Positions 11,301-20,335 of a stretch of 33,884 nucleotides of DNA are shown here, piece by piece. The position numbers and the translations under genes are program-made. The notes beneath the pieces are model-generated. The model worked only from the letters and a program-made list of their open reading frames with translations, did not search any database and was not told the origin of the DNA. Within the stretch, counting starts at the first letter, position 1; each line of letters opens with the position of its first letter. The stretch is from a virus (taxonomy: Duplodnaviria; Caudoviricetes): positions 1 through 33,884 of IMG/VR virus record IMGVR_UViG_3300017780_004277. One strand, written 5' to 3'.

Positions 11301-13290
11301 GCAAGCAACGAGCTCATATTTACCAGGAAAAATAAATGCAACCTTAAGTTATTTAGTTGACGTATCAGGTGGTCTATTTGAGTTAAATCAAAACAATAGA
11401 CACTGGGTTGATGTGCAGAATATATTCAAATTAGGAGGTAGTTCAACAATAAAGCAGTGGGATAACCAAAAGTATTCAAATCAAAAAGCAACGGATGGTG
11501 TTAAGTATATTTGGAACAGTGGATATAGTTACAGACCAATGCTATATTTTAACTCATCGTCTTTATATAATCCACTCTTACCTTATTTAATAGACGCCAC
11601 GATGTCTTTTGAAACAACAACACTCCCAGTTGGTCTTCCAGGATATAGAGCAATTACAGGATTAGGAATGGCACGACAAGTTGGTACTCCACAAAACCCG
11701 GGCGATTACACATATGCTCCTACATTTCCCGGATCAATGTATAGCAACGTAATCGTATACGATATTCTCAATGATATAACATCACCAGGAACAGTTAATG
11801 ATGGTAATTACGTGTTAGGTTCTTATAATGGTTCTTTCGCAACTGGATCGTATTATACTGTTCCTATTAATAATAAGATTTTTGGAACAAATGCAGAAGT
11901 ACAACTCGACTGGTCATACAACCAACCAGTTGTACCAACTACTCCAGACACACTCACAATATCTTTGGTAATATCAGGATCGAATCCATCAGATCCAAAC
12001 TACCAGTATAATCAAAGCGATTCACAGGTAATAGAAACAAGCAGAACAGATACGTATAGTAACGCAACAGCAAATCTTCTATTTGGAATTGAATTCCAAG
12101 GAGTGCTTGGGCCATATACAAGCCCGTGGAATACTCAAACAGATGAATGGCAATTAGTGCAATCAATACAGTCATATACATTAGTACAATTACCGTTCAA
12201 ACTACAACTAAACTTTTTAATATCTCCTTATAACACAACCTGGAATGTTACAAATAATCCAATGCCAACTATTGTACCATCCCCAACAGTACCTGGCCAA
12301 ATATATACAACATACGGTACATATAGAGTAGCAAGAAATAATGGGTTTTTAGGATACGATTACAGTATTAATTATACAGGCTATAGGTTTTTTGTTATGA
12401 CAGCAACAGGATATGAACCAGTAACAAGTATATGGGATGGTATTCAATATACGCCATATACTAATCAAGCAAACCCATACAATATAGACAGTCAATGGTT
12501 ACAAGAAGTAACAACCGCAACAGTAACAAGTGGAACTGCAACCCTTAACATACGCTCAACGGTTATTGAACATCCAGCAGGATCGCGATTAAGTAGCTAT
12601 TTACAACTTAGTGGTGGTGATCCAACTCATTTTGACTATCAAATAAAGCCAGGAGGATATGTAGAGTCGTACGGTAGTAGTACTATATTAATAACATCAT
12701 CGTTTGATACAAATATAACAACTCCTAATACAAATACTTTCTTAACAGATATAAACACAGCCGGTAACTATTTTCAACTAACAGCACAACTAGTACCGTT
12801 TTATAATAACGGATACACATATAACCCTATTGGTATTGACCCAGGACTAGCAACTCAACTAGGTGGCGATCCAACAGCGTGCACTTTATATGATGTGTAC
12901 GGCGACGTAGTAGATGTATTTAACATTGAGGTAGGAGATTATATTATCATACAGACAAATAACTTAGTATCGTATGAGTATGAAATAGCAAGAGTAGACG
13001 TAGTACCTAACGTAGGTTTAAATATCTACGTAAAACAACCAATTCAACCAGCAATAGCGGGGGCATTATATATACCAACCGCTGGAGCAGCAGTTAGAAG
13101 GTTATTAATTTTGAAAAGATATAAAGATGAACAAAACGTAATACTACAGTTTCCAAAAAAATCAGGAGCAACTTCTTATGGTTTTTTAATACCAGATAAC
13201 ATAAATCCAGTAGTAGTAGATGATATTAATACACTACAAGCTACAGTACAGACACAATTATTATCTACACAGGCCAACTCAGGGCAGTAG
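8374..13290 (+). CDS. Large baseplate/tail protein interrupted by a single in-frame TGA at 11287-11289 (readthrough, nonsense allele or sequence error)
   Basis: ORFs 8374-11289 and 11413-13290 share a frame, and the 41 codons between them are open. YKRLYHNLPYLLKTKGTQRGVKALIACYG resembles the KGT motif of P2 gpI / T4 gp7-like wedge proteins. Confidence 0.7.
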
Positions 13291-13309
13291 TAAATTTGTA
13301 GAAGCAATA

Positions 13310-13317
13310 TATTTATA
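13310..13317 (+). promoter_or_regulatory. TATTTAT(A/T) putative late-promoter motif
   Basis: TATTTATA in the 13291-13336 gap, upstream of ATG 13337. Confidence 0.6.
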
Positions 13318-13336
13318 AGAAACAAATAAAAAAAAC

Positions 13337-13993
13337 ATGGCATATTTAAGCAATACATCGGTTGTCATAGATGCAATATTGACGACAAAGGGTAGAGAGC
13401 TTTTAGCTAGAAACGATGGATCATTTCAGATCACTCAATTCTCACTATCAGACGACGAGGTAGATTACACACTATATAATCCAAACCACCCATCAGGATC
13501 AGCTTTTTACGGCGAGGCTATAGAGAATATGCCAGTTATACAAGCGTATCCAAATGATAATGAGATTATGAAGTATAAGTTAATAACTTTACCACGAGGC
13601 ACAGCAAAACTACCAGTAATAAATGTTGGATACCAAGTTATAACCTTGAAACAAGGCTCATCGTTGTCAATAACACCACAAACATTAAATTACTTAGGTG
13701 CTACATCTACTTTTGAACAATCGGGATATGTAGTAACAATCGGAGATGTAAGAACATTATCAGCTTTTAACGGAGTTGGAATTAACACACCAGAAGCGAC
13801 TGCTTTAAATACATCAACAGTTACAATTGGCACTAACGTATCAAAAACAGTAATAGGAAGCAGTATAAACTTAACAGCAACTACGGTAAATACATTATTT
13901 GGTACAAACACAGTACTATATACAATGTTAACAGTAGTAGGCCGTGATTCAGGAGCAAGAGAAACAATCCCAGTACAAATTCAAAGAGTATAA
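13337..13993 (+). CDS. Putative baseplate/tail-fibre attachment protein
   Basis: ILTTKGRELLAR...FQITQFSLSDDEVDY resembles the N-terminus of tail-collar/fibre-attachment domains. It lies in the structural cluster. Confidence 0.5.
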   Translation: MAYLSNTSVVIDAILTTKGRELLARNDGSFQITQFSLSDDEVDYTLYNPNHPSGSAFYGEAIENMPVIQAYPNDNEIMKYKLITLPRGTAKLPVINVGYQVITLKQGSSLSITPQTLNYLGATSTFEQSGYVVTIGDVRTLSAFNGVGINTPEATALNTSTVTIGTNVSKTVIGSSINLTATTVNTLFGTNTVLYTMLTVVGRDSGARETIPVQIQRV

Positions 13994-14004
13994 TAATATA
14001 AAAT

Positions 14005-15066
14005 ATGTCATTTACAAAACTAGACCCAAGTGATTTCGTAGTTAGCACAGACTCAATAACAGCCCCTGCTTGGAGCTCTAATGTACCAGTCTTAACTAGC
14101 TTCTGGACAGCCTCAGTAATACCCACATCAGCCATATCAGCAGATGCATTTTACATAAACGTATATCAACAACCAACAACTCAAAATGGAGCAGCCGTTC
14201 AATTTTCTATTGCATACGGAAACACCTTTGGTTCTGGTTCAAAGTTTTACAATAATTTAGTTGTAGGTGCATCACCATCCCAAACAACATACAAGCAATA
14301 TAGGACAATGGTGTATGGTACAGCACTAACATCATCAACTCAGGGATTCAATTTTGGAGGTACAACAACAAATGCAACAGAAATACATGCACTTAATGTT
14401 GACAGAAATAGATACAAAGAGAGTTTATTTCCTGGAACTTTTAATTTAAAACTATCAGGATCTGCTGGTGAAATACAGTTAACAGATAACAGTAATCAAG
14501 TAACAACCGTTACATACCTAGACTGTGGTAGAGTATTTGATTTAATATCAGGATCATACGGATTATCGTCAATAACAACAAACCAAGGACAGGTAGGAAA
14601 TGGATATACAGCAGCAGGCTCATATGGATATTATTTACCTGATATTGGTACAATAATACTAAATACAGCAGCACTAGCACTATCAGGATCTGCTGGTGGA
14701 ATAGGTTTAACAACAAATCAAACATCAAATCTAAACACACCTTATACGTCCGTAAATAACAACATATTGTTTAATGCAATGTCAGCAAGTGGGTACTTTC
14801 AACTAAACTCACAAGAAGCGGTATCATCAGATTATGTGTTTATTCGAATTAAGAATAGTGAATACAATTATACATCAAACCCAACTTACATATCAGGGTC
14901 GGGAGATTTAGTATATTCAACATTAATATACAGCCCGCAAACGTATATTACAACTGTAGGATTGTATAATAATAATAACGAACTATTAGCAGTTGGAAAG
15001 TTATCTAGACCATTATTAAAAGATTTTACTAAAGAAGCCCTTATAAGAGTTAAGTTAGATTGGTAA
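14005..15066 (+). CDS. Putative tail/baseplate protein with a C-terminal tail-collar-like domain
   Basis: C-terminal YITTVGLYNNNNELLAVGKLSRPLLK resembles the 'EIGLFD..G.LIA' tail-collar motif. It is paralogous to 19539-19862. Confidence 0.55.
   Translation: MSFTKLDPSDFVVSTDSITAPAWSSNVPVLTSFWTASVIPTSAISADAFYINVYQQPTTQNGAAVQFSIAYGNTFGSGSKFYNNLVVGASPSQTTYKQYRTMVYGTALTSSTQGFNFGGTTTNATEIHALNVDRNRYKESLFPGTFNLKLSGSAGEIQLTDNSNQVTTVTYLDCGRVFDLISGSYGLSSITTNQGQVGNGYTAAGSYGYYLPDIGTIILNTAALALSGSAGGIGLTTNQTSNLNTPYTSVNNNILFNAMSASGYFQLNSQEAVSSDYVFIRIKNSEYNYTSNPTYISGSGDLVYSTLIYSPQTYITTVGLYNNNNELLAVGKLSRPLLKDFTKEALIRVKLDW
14451..14698 (+). repeat. 20-bp exact direct repeat ACTATCAGGATCTGCTGGTG
   Basis: Copies at 14451-14470 and 14679-14698; both encode LSGSAG. 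Confidence 0.85.
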
Positions 15067-15075
15067 TAATAAATC

Positions 15076-16779
15076 ATGAGTAGAGCATCAAATACACTAA
15101 GATTAACAGATGTACTAACTACCCCAATCAAACTAAAATACACAGCATCGTATGACATAACAACATACACTAGCGCAGGTATAAAGGTTTTGAATGGAGT
15201 AAATGGACCTGTGACCATAACTGGTTCCATTCCACAAATAACTCTTAATTACCTATCTGTAAGACATTTATACTACTCAAACTACCTTACTGGATCATTT
15301 CCATTATCAGGATCCTATAATTTTAACTGGGAGCAATCAACTGCTGCATCAGGAACATTAGATGCAGATATTAGATTTTTACCAACAGGATCAGGCGATG
15401 GTATTAAAATTTTATCAATACCAAGAAGTATATTTGGTGAAAAAATATCAAGAAATGGATTTCAACTAGTATCAAATGATGGTATTACTTATAACATTGT
15501 TGATGATGGTAATGGCAATCTAGTTGACATTGCGTCTGGCGATCTATACGTCAATGCAAACTACTTCACACCAGGAGAATCTCCTACCGTAGGATATGTA
15601 ACAGGCCCATCAAGAAATACAAAAGTGGGTAATATAATATACGCACAAGGTGTTGTCATAATAACGAACCCCGATTACTATAACGTCTTAGATGTTGGTC
15701 CAACACTACATAATCAGTTGTATACATATTACGATACAGATATACCAAAACAATTTGATCCATTATTAAATGCTCAGGCAAACTCAAGTCCAATAAACGT
15801 TGGATCTTTTAGCTTGTTACTAATAGCCGGTCAACAATTTCCTACCTATACAGTAACAGGCAGCTTAATAACACTTAATCCAAGCGATCCATTATATACA
15901 ACAGCAGGATCTTATATTACAAACTACAGCGTAAGCTCAGTAGCCGGTACACCATCAAATACGGCAAGTATAACAGTTAGTATAATACCTAACTGTGGAT
16001 TTACAGCAGTACTAGATACTTACTATTATAATGGAACACCAGTATTAGTTTATGATTTTACAAATCAATTATTATATTCTAACACAGGTACGAGTATTAG
16101 GGATCTAAGTGGTAATAATAATTATGGTACATCAAGTATAGGTAACGGTACAGGAACACCAATAACAACTACAGGGTACACAACAGTATCACCAAACTAT
16201 TTATCACTACCAGGCGGCGGACAACCAAGTCAAGAATTAGCAGTAATTCTACCTGATTATTTTAAGTTTACAGGAACACCTAGCTTTACCTTTGCTACAT
16301 GGATCAACATACAAGCAATTAGTTTAGGATCAACACCGGGTATAGTGTCATGTGAGGGTAGAAGCGCTGGATTTCCAATTGGGTGGAGTTGGTATTACGA
16401 TGCAGCTGGTGGAGTAACACTTGCAAGGTTTAATGGAGCAGGTGTGACAGAGAGTGTGACAGCAGGGTGGGGTAACATGTACTCATCACCAGCAGCGCCT
16501 TATAATCAATGGTTATTCTTATTTGCAAAATATAATGGTACAAATGTAACAGTTGGTAATATTAGACCAACAAGTGCATTTAACGGCACTTATTATGAAG
16601 CAAGCGCATCTAGTTCAGTAACAGTTACAACAACAGCAAGTTTTAGTTGTTTTATGGGATTAAGGTATACGGATTATGCTCAAGCTAATTTTGCATACTT
16701 AGCTGGATATCAAACAGCATTAAATCAAACAGAATTAACAACAATATACACAGCAACAAAAGCAATATACGGCTATTAA
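15076..16779 (+). CDS. Tail protein: N-terminal half paralogous to 14005-15066, C-terminal LamG/concanavalin-A-like lectin domain
   Basis: N-terminal IPRSIFGEKI..DDGNGNL..VGNIIYAQGVVIIT. C-terminal LVYDF..SNTGTSIRDLSGNNNYGT..SFTFATWIN..WLFLFAKYNGT..ALNQTELTTIY is a LamG-like pattern. Confidence 0.65.
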   Translation: MSRASNTLRLTDVLTTPIKLKYTASYDITTYTSAGIKVLNGVNGPVTITGSIPQITLNYLSVRHLYYSNYLTGSFPLSGSYNFNWEQSTAASGTLDADIRFLPTGSGDGIKILSIPRSIFGEKISRNGFQLVSNDGITYNIVDDGNGNLVDIASGDLYVNANYFTPGESPTVGYVTGPSRNTKVGNIIYAQGVVIITNPDYYNVLDVGPTLHNQLYTYYDTDIPKQFDPLLNAQANSSPINVGSFSLLLIAGQQFPTYTVTGSLITLNPSDPLYTTAGSYITNYSVSSVAGTPSNTASITVSIIPNCGFTAVLDTYYYNGTPVLVYDFTNQLLYSNTGTSIRDLSGNNNYGTSSIGNGTGTPITTTGYTTVSPNYLSLPGGGQPSQELAVILPDYFKFTGTPSFTFATWINIQAISLGSTPGIVSCEGRSAGFPIGWSWYYDAAGGVTLARFNGAGVTESVTAGWGNMYSSPAAPYNQWLFLFAKYNGTNVTVGNIRPTSAFNGTYYEASASSSVTVTTTASFSCFMGLRYTDYAQANFAYLAGYQTALNQTELTTIYTATKAIYGY

Positions 16780-16789
16780 AAGAGATTAA

Positions 16790-17062
16790 ATGTTTATAAC
16801 AGTAAAAACAACATCAGGATTCACACCAGGACCGTTCAATATCTACTACGATACTGTAACTCCTGTCACGTTGTTAGCTGCAAATGTAACATCAGCATCT
16901 CTATCAGCCGGCCTGAATTTAAGTGTATTTAATGGTGCAACAAGTTTAATAGTAGTTAACATAAAACCAGGTTGTACAAATCAACAAGTATTAACATTAC
17001 CAGCACCACCACCATTACCGGCACAGTGTGGATTAACTGGATCGGCAGTATACGTCCCCTAA
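16790..17062 (+). CDS. Small beta-rich structural protein, paralogous to the N-terminal domain of 17074-18282
   Basis: Shares the GPF(N/F)..Y...NV...L..G...V..G(A)..(L/I).VV....CTN pattern with the next gene. Confidence 0.6.
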   Translation: MFITVKTTSGFTPGPFNIYYDTVTPVTLLAANVTSASLSAGLNLSVFNGATSLIVVNIKPGCTNQQVLTLPAPPPLPAQCGLTGSAVYVP

Positions 17063-17073
17063 AGTAAAATAAA

Positions 17074-18282
17074 ATGAGTCAAACAGTATTAATAACATTA
17101 ACGAACGCAGGAGCAGACACGGGTCCGTTTTTTGACCTATACTCTAAGGATTTATTAGCCAATGTGACAGGTCCTTTTGAGACTAATGTTAATATTACAA
17201 ACTTGACAACCGGTTATACATCAACACTAGTACCAAATAATAGCATAGCTGTGGTAGTATTATCAAAAGGTTTATGTACAAACGCTGTTACAATGTCAAT
17301 CACAGGAATGCCAACACCTACACCAACCCCAACACCTACACCAACTCCTACGCCAACACCGGGTACATACCTAATAAGTACAAAATATTCAGCAACAAAC
17401 TGTAATACTGCATGTAATACGGGCGTTAACGTAAATGTTTATAGTAATTATTCAACCTTGCAAATAGGTGCTTTAGCTACAATAGATCTTAATCTAACAA
17501 TACCAGTACCTAATGGGTACTACGTAGATAATAATCAAATAACTACATGCTACAACGTAGTAAGCGGTGTAGTAGTTGCACCATCAGCATCATGCCCAAC
17601 GCCAACGCCAACGCCAACGCCAACCCCAACACCTACACCTCCATTTAGTGGAAATTTAATACAGGGTACAAATTTAACAACTGTTTGTAGTGGAGTAGGT
17701 ACAGTAGTTGTAAACGTAACTGGTGATGGTCCAACATTCTGTACATCAACTAATTTTACAAGTAGCAACTTCGCAGGTATAACAGCGTCACCAACGTATT
17801 TGACGGATGGTACAGGTAACTACAGATCAGCAATTAAAATTAATACAATAACATACCAATCAACATCATCGTGTGCAACGTGTCCGGTACCAACACCAAC
17901 GCCTACCCCTACTCCAACACCACCTGCAACAGCTACGTTATCAATAGAGCCATACCAAGCTGGGCAGTTTATAGCTATACTATCCCCCGCCTTGCCAGTA
18001 GCTACGGTGTTAGTTAGCGGTTTGCAGGTAGATGGATTTAGCGACATAAATTGTTTAGTACTAGCCAACACGGACAATAGCGGTACTATAACAATGTCAC
18101 CAGGCACTACTTTTGGAAGTGTAATAGGTAACAATCCACTTAATTGCTCTATATTTACTGTTAAAAACCAAAATACTGTAACAGTAAACGGTATACCAAA
18201 AGTAAATGGCGAAACAATTAATATAGGTGGAACAATAGTAACAATTGCAATAAATACATTTTGCGATACGTACCCTTGTTAA
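17074..18282 (+). CDS. Modular Cys/Thr-rich putative fibre or decoration protein with three Pro-Thr linkers
   Basis: 402 aa. Four beta-rich, Cys-containing modules separated by (PT)8, (PT)7 and (PT)5. Confidence 0.65.
   Translation: MSQTVLITLTNAGADTGPFFDLYSKDLLANVTGPFETNVNITNLTTGYTSTLVPNNSIAVVVLSKGLCTNAVTMSITGMPTPTPTPTPTPTPTPTPGTYLISTKYSATNCNTACNTGVNVNVYSNYSTLQIGALATIDLNLTIPVPNGYYVDNNQITTCYNVVSGVVVAPSASCPTPTPTPTPTPTPTPPFSGNLIQGTNLTTVCSGVGTVVVNVTGDGPTFCTSTNFTSSNFAGITASPTYLTDGTGNYRSAIKINTITYQSTSSCATCPVPTPTPTPTPTPPATATLSIEPYQAGQFIAILSPALPVATVLVSGLQVDGFSDINCLVLANTDNSGTITMSPGTTFGSVIGNNPLNCSIFTVKNQNTVTVNGIPKVNGETINIGGTIVTIAINTFCDTYPC
17311..17925 (+). repeat. Three (CCNACN)n Pro-Thr coding repeats
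   Basis: Tracts at 17311-17361, 17596-17643 and 17890-17925. Third codon positions vary, so the repeat is conserved at protein level. Confidence 0.95.
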
Positions 18283-18298
18283 TAAAAGACTAATAGTT

Positions 18299-19510
18299 AT
18301 GAATATTAAAAAAGATCAAATCTTTGTACAGATAGCTTCGTATAGAGATCCGGAATTAATTCCGACCATTAAAGACTGTTTAGCAAAAGCAAAATATCCA
18401 AAAAGACTAACATTTGGAATATGCTGGCAACATGGAGAAGATGAGTCTTTTAATGAATTTAAAAATGATCCTAGATTCCAAATTATAGACATACATTGGA
18501 GCGAGAGTAAAGGATTATGTTGGGCTCGAAGCTTGATACAAAAGCTATGGAAAGGTGAGGAGTATACGTTACAGTTGGATTCACATCACCGCTTTTTACA
18601 AAACTGGGACGAAGAATTAATTGAGATGGTGGCTTTAACAGAATCACCAAAGCCCATTATTACATCATATGCAGGGATGTATAGACCTAGTGATAACACA
18701 CTACTAAATCATGAGCCATATAAGATGGTTCCTGATAAATTTACATTAGGAGGCACTATTTTATTTTACCCCAATACAATACCAGATTGGCAACAACTAA
18801 CCAAACCCATTCCAGCACGGTTTGTAAGCGGTCACTTCTTTTTCACATTAGGAATACACTGTGAAGAGTACAAATATGATCCAAATTTATACTTTGCAGG
18901 AGATGAAATTAGCTTATCAATAAGATCATATACACTAGGTTATGATTTATTCCATCCACATAAGACAGTAATATGGCACGAGTATACAAGAGAGGGTCGA
19001 ACAAAACACTGGACTGATTTTAGTCACGAAAACGTAGAAAACGGAACAGTTGAAAAGCCGTGGTGGGATATGGATAATGATAGTAAACGTAGACTAAGAC
19101 ACATGCTACAAGAAGAGGATAATGATATCGACTTAGGTGAGTATGGATTAGGGACAGTAAGATCGCATCACGATTATGAGCTATACGCAGGGATTAATTT
19201 TAAACATAAAAAACTACATCCTAACGCAGTGAAAGGAGTTAGTCCACCGACTAATGATACAACAGAGTGGTATATCGTACAGGAAGAGACTTACAAACTA
19301 GGATTTGAAGTACCTTTTACAGAAAATTTTAGATTTATATACATTGGAGTTGAAAATGAAGTAGGAGAAGTATTATATAGAAGAGATTTAACAGAGTATG
19401 AACCGCTAATATCGATAACAATAGCATCAAAAACAAAACCACACAGATGGGTATACTGGCCAGTGGATGTTGATGGCAATTGGTTAGATAGGGTAGATGT
19501 CATAATCTAA
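18299..19510 (+). CDS. Glycosyltransferase, GT60-like (polypeptide/Skp1 GlcNAc-transferase family, GT-A fold)
   Basis: IFVQIASYRDPEL..TI..C..KAK.P.R, SKGLCWAR, GEEYTLQLDSHHRF..NWDE.LI, SGHFFF, YDPNLYF.GDEISLSIR.YT.GYDLFHP and VIWHEY. The DSH variant of DxD is characteristic of GT60. Confidence 0.85.
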   Translation: MNIKKDQIFVQIASYRDPELIPTIKDCLAKAKYPKRLTFGICWQHGEDESFNEFKNDPRFQIIDIHWSESKGLCWARSLIQKLWKGEEYTLQLDSHHRFLQNWDEELIEMVALTESPKPIITSYAGMYRPSDNTLLNHEPYKMVPDKFTLGGTILFYPNTIPDWQQLTKPIPARFVSGHFFFTLGIHCEEYKYDPNLYFAGDEISLSIRSYTLGYDLFHPHKTVIWHEYTREGRTKHWTDFSHENVENGTVEKPWWDMDNDSKRRLRHMLQEEDNDIDLGEYGLGTVRSHHDYELYAGINFKHKKLHPNAVKGVSPPTNDTTEWYIVQEETYKLGFEVPFTENFRFIYIGVENEVGEVLYRRDLTEYEPLISITIASKTKPHRWVYWPVDVDGNWLDRVDVII

Positions 19511-19527
19511 AAAGTAAAAAACAACAA

Positions 19528-19535
19528 TATTTATT
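19528..19535 (+). promoter_or_regulatory. TATTTAT(A/T) putative late-promoter motif
   Basis: TATTTATT ends 3 nt before ATG 19539. Confidence 0.55.
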
Positions 19536-19538
19536 AAC

Positions 19539-19862
19539 ATGCCGCAACCAATACAACTAACTCAAACAATCCCGTTTACACTAAACCTAATATCTGAAAC
19601 TACGATATACCAAAACGAAGTTAGATGTAAAGTTCAAGAGAATGAATTTAATTATAGTCAAAATCCAACAGCATTAAAATACGGAACATCACCATCAGGC
19701 ACCTTAGCAGATAATGTAACAGGATCTGATTTTAGACCGTATGCAACTACAGTAGGATTATATAATGCATCAAATGAATTATTACTGGTCGGCAAACTAG
19801 GAACACCCTATCCAATACCCTCAAACACGGATATGACATTTGTGATAAGATGGGATTCTTAA
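19539..19862 (+). CDS. Stand-alone tail-collar-like domain; paralog of the 14005-15066 C-terminus
   Basis: ENEFNYSQNPT...PYATTVGLYNASNELLLVGKLGTP aligns with NSEYNYTSNPT...TYITTVGLYNNNNELLAVGKLSRP. Confidence 0.75.
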   Translation: MPQPIQLTQTIPFTLNLISETTIYQNEVRCKVQENEFNYSQNPTALKYGTSPSGTLADNVTGSDFRPYATTVGLYNASNELLLVGKLGTPYPIPSNTDMTFVIRWDS

Positions 19863-19872
19863 AAATTTATTT

Positions 19873-20310
19873 ATGGCAAAAAAAAAAATTAATGTAAGAG
19901 CTCGTGCAATTAAGCACGGTTACAGAAGCGGTTTAGAAGAAACCGTTGCAAAACAGCTGCAGCAGCATCAAATTACCTACGAATACGAAAGTAAAGCCAA
20001 CATCGTAAAGTATACAATACCAGCAAAAGACCACACATACCTACCAGACTTTAAACTTCTAAACGGAATTATAGTTGAAACTAAGGGTAGATTTGTATTA
20101 GCAGATAGAAAAAAACATGAACTAATTAATCAACAACATCCTGAACTAGATATCAGATTTGTATTTAGTAATTCAAGTGCAAAAATATCAAAAAAATCTA
20201 AGACAACGTATGCTATATGGTGTGATAAACTCGGAATACCCTACGCAGATAAAACAATACCAGTAAAGTGGTTTACAGAACCTCCTGTTGCAAATACAAA
20301 AAAGAAGTAG
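19873..20310 (+). CDS. T7 endonuclease I-like Holliday junction resolvase
   Basis: YRSGLEE, YTIPA..HTYLPDF.L.NGIIVETKGRF...DRKKH.LI..QHPELDIRFVFSNS..KI.K.SKTTYA.WC closely follows T7 gp3. Confidence 0.93.
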   Translation: MAKKKINVRARAIKHGYRSGLEETVAKQLQQHQITYEYESKANIVKYTIPAKDHTYLPDFKLLNGIIVETKGRFVLADRKKHELINQQHPELDIRFVFSNSSAKISKKSKTTYAIWCDKLGIPYADKTIPVKWFTEPPVANTKKK

Positions 20311-20318
20311 TATATTAT
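20287..20318 (+). promoter_or_regulatory. Putative host-sigma-type (early/middle) promoter GTTGC-N15-GTAGTATATT
   Basis: Same two boxes and identical spacing as 28531-28562. It lies upstream of the primase ATG at 20336. Confidence 0.5.
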
Positions 20319-20335
20319 TAATTAAAGGTTATGTT

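Noticed and set aside
14451-14698. 20-bp direct repeat as a mobile-element or DGR signature
   Set aside because: It is short and in-frame, both copies encode LSGSAG, there are no adenine-specific mismatches, and no reverse transcriptase or transposase is nearby.
15094-15123. LRLTDVLTT near the N-terminus of 15076 as another copy of the leader tag
   Set aside because: It is not at the initiator Met, lacks the terminal E, and lies in a tail protein. It is probably chance similarity.
17311-17925. CCAACN repeats as a CRISPR array or DNA-level satellite
   Set aside because: They are in-frame Pro-Thr codons with variable third positions and no repeat-spacer structure.
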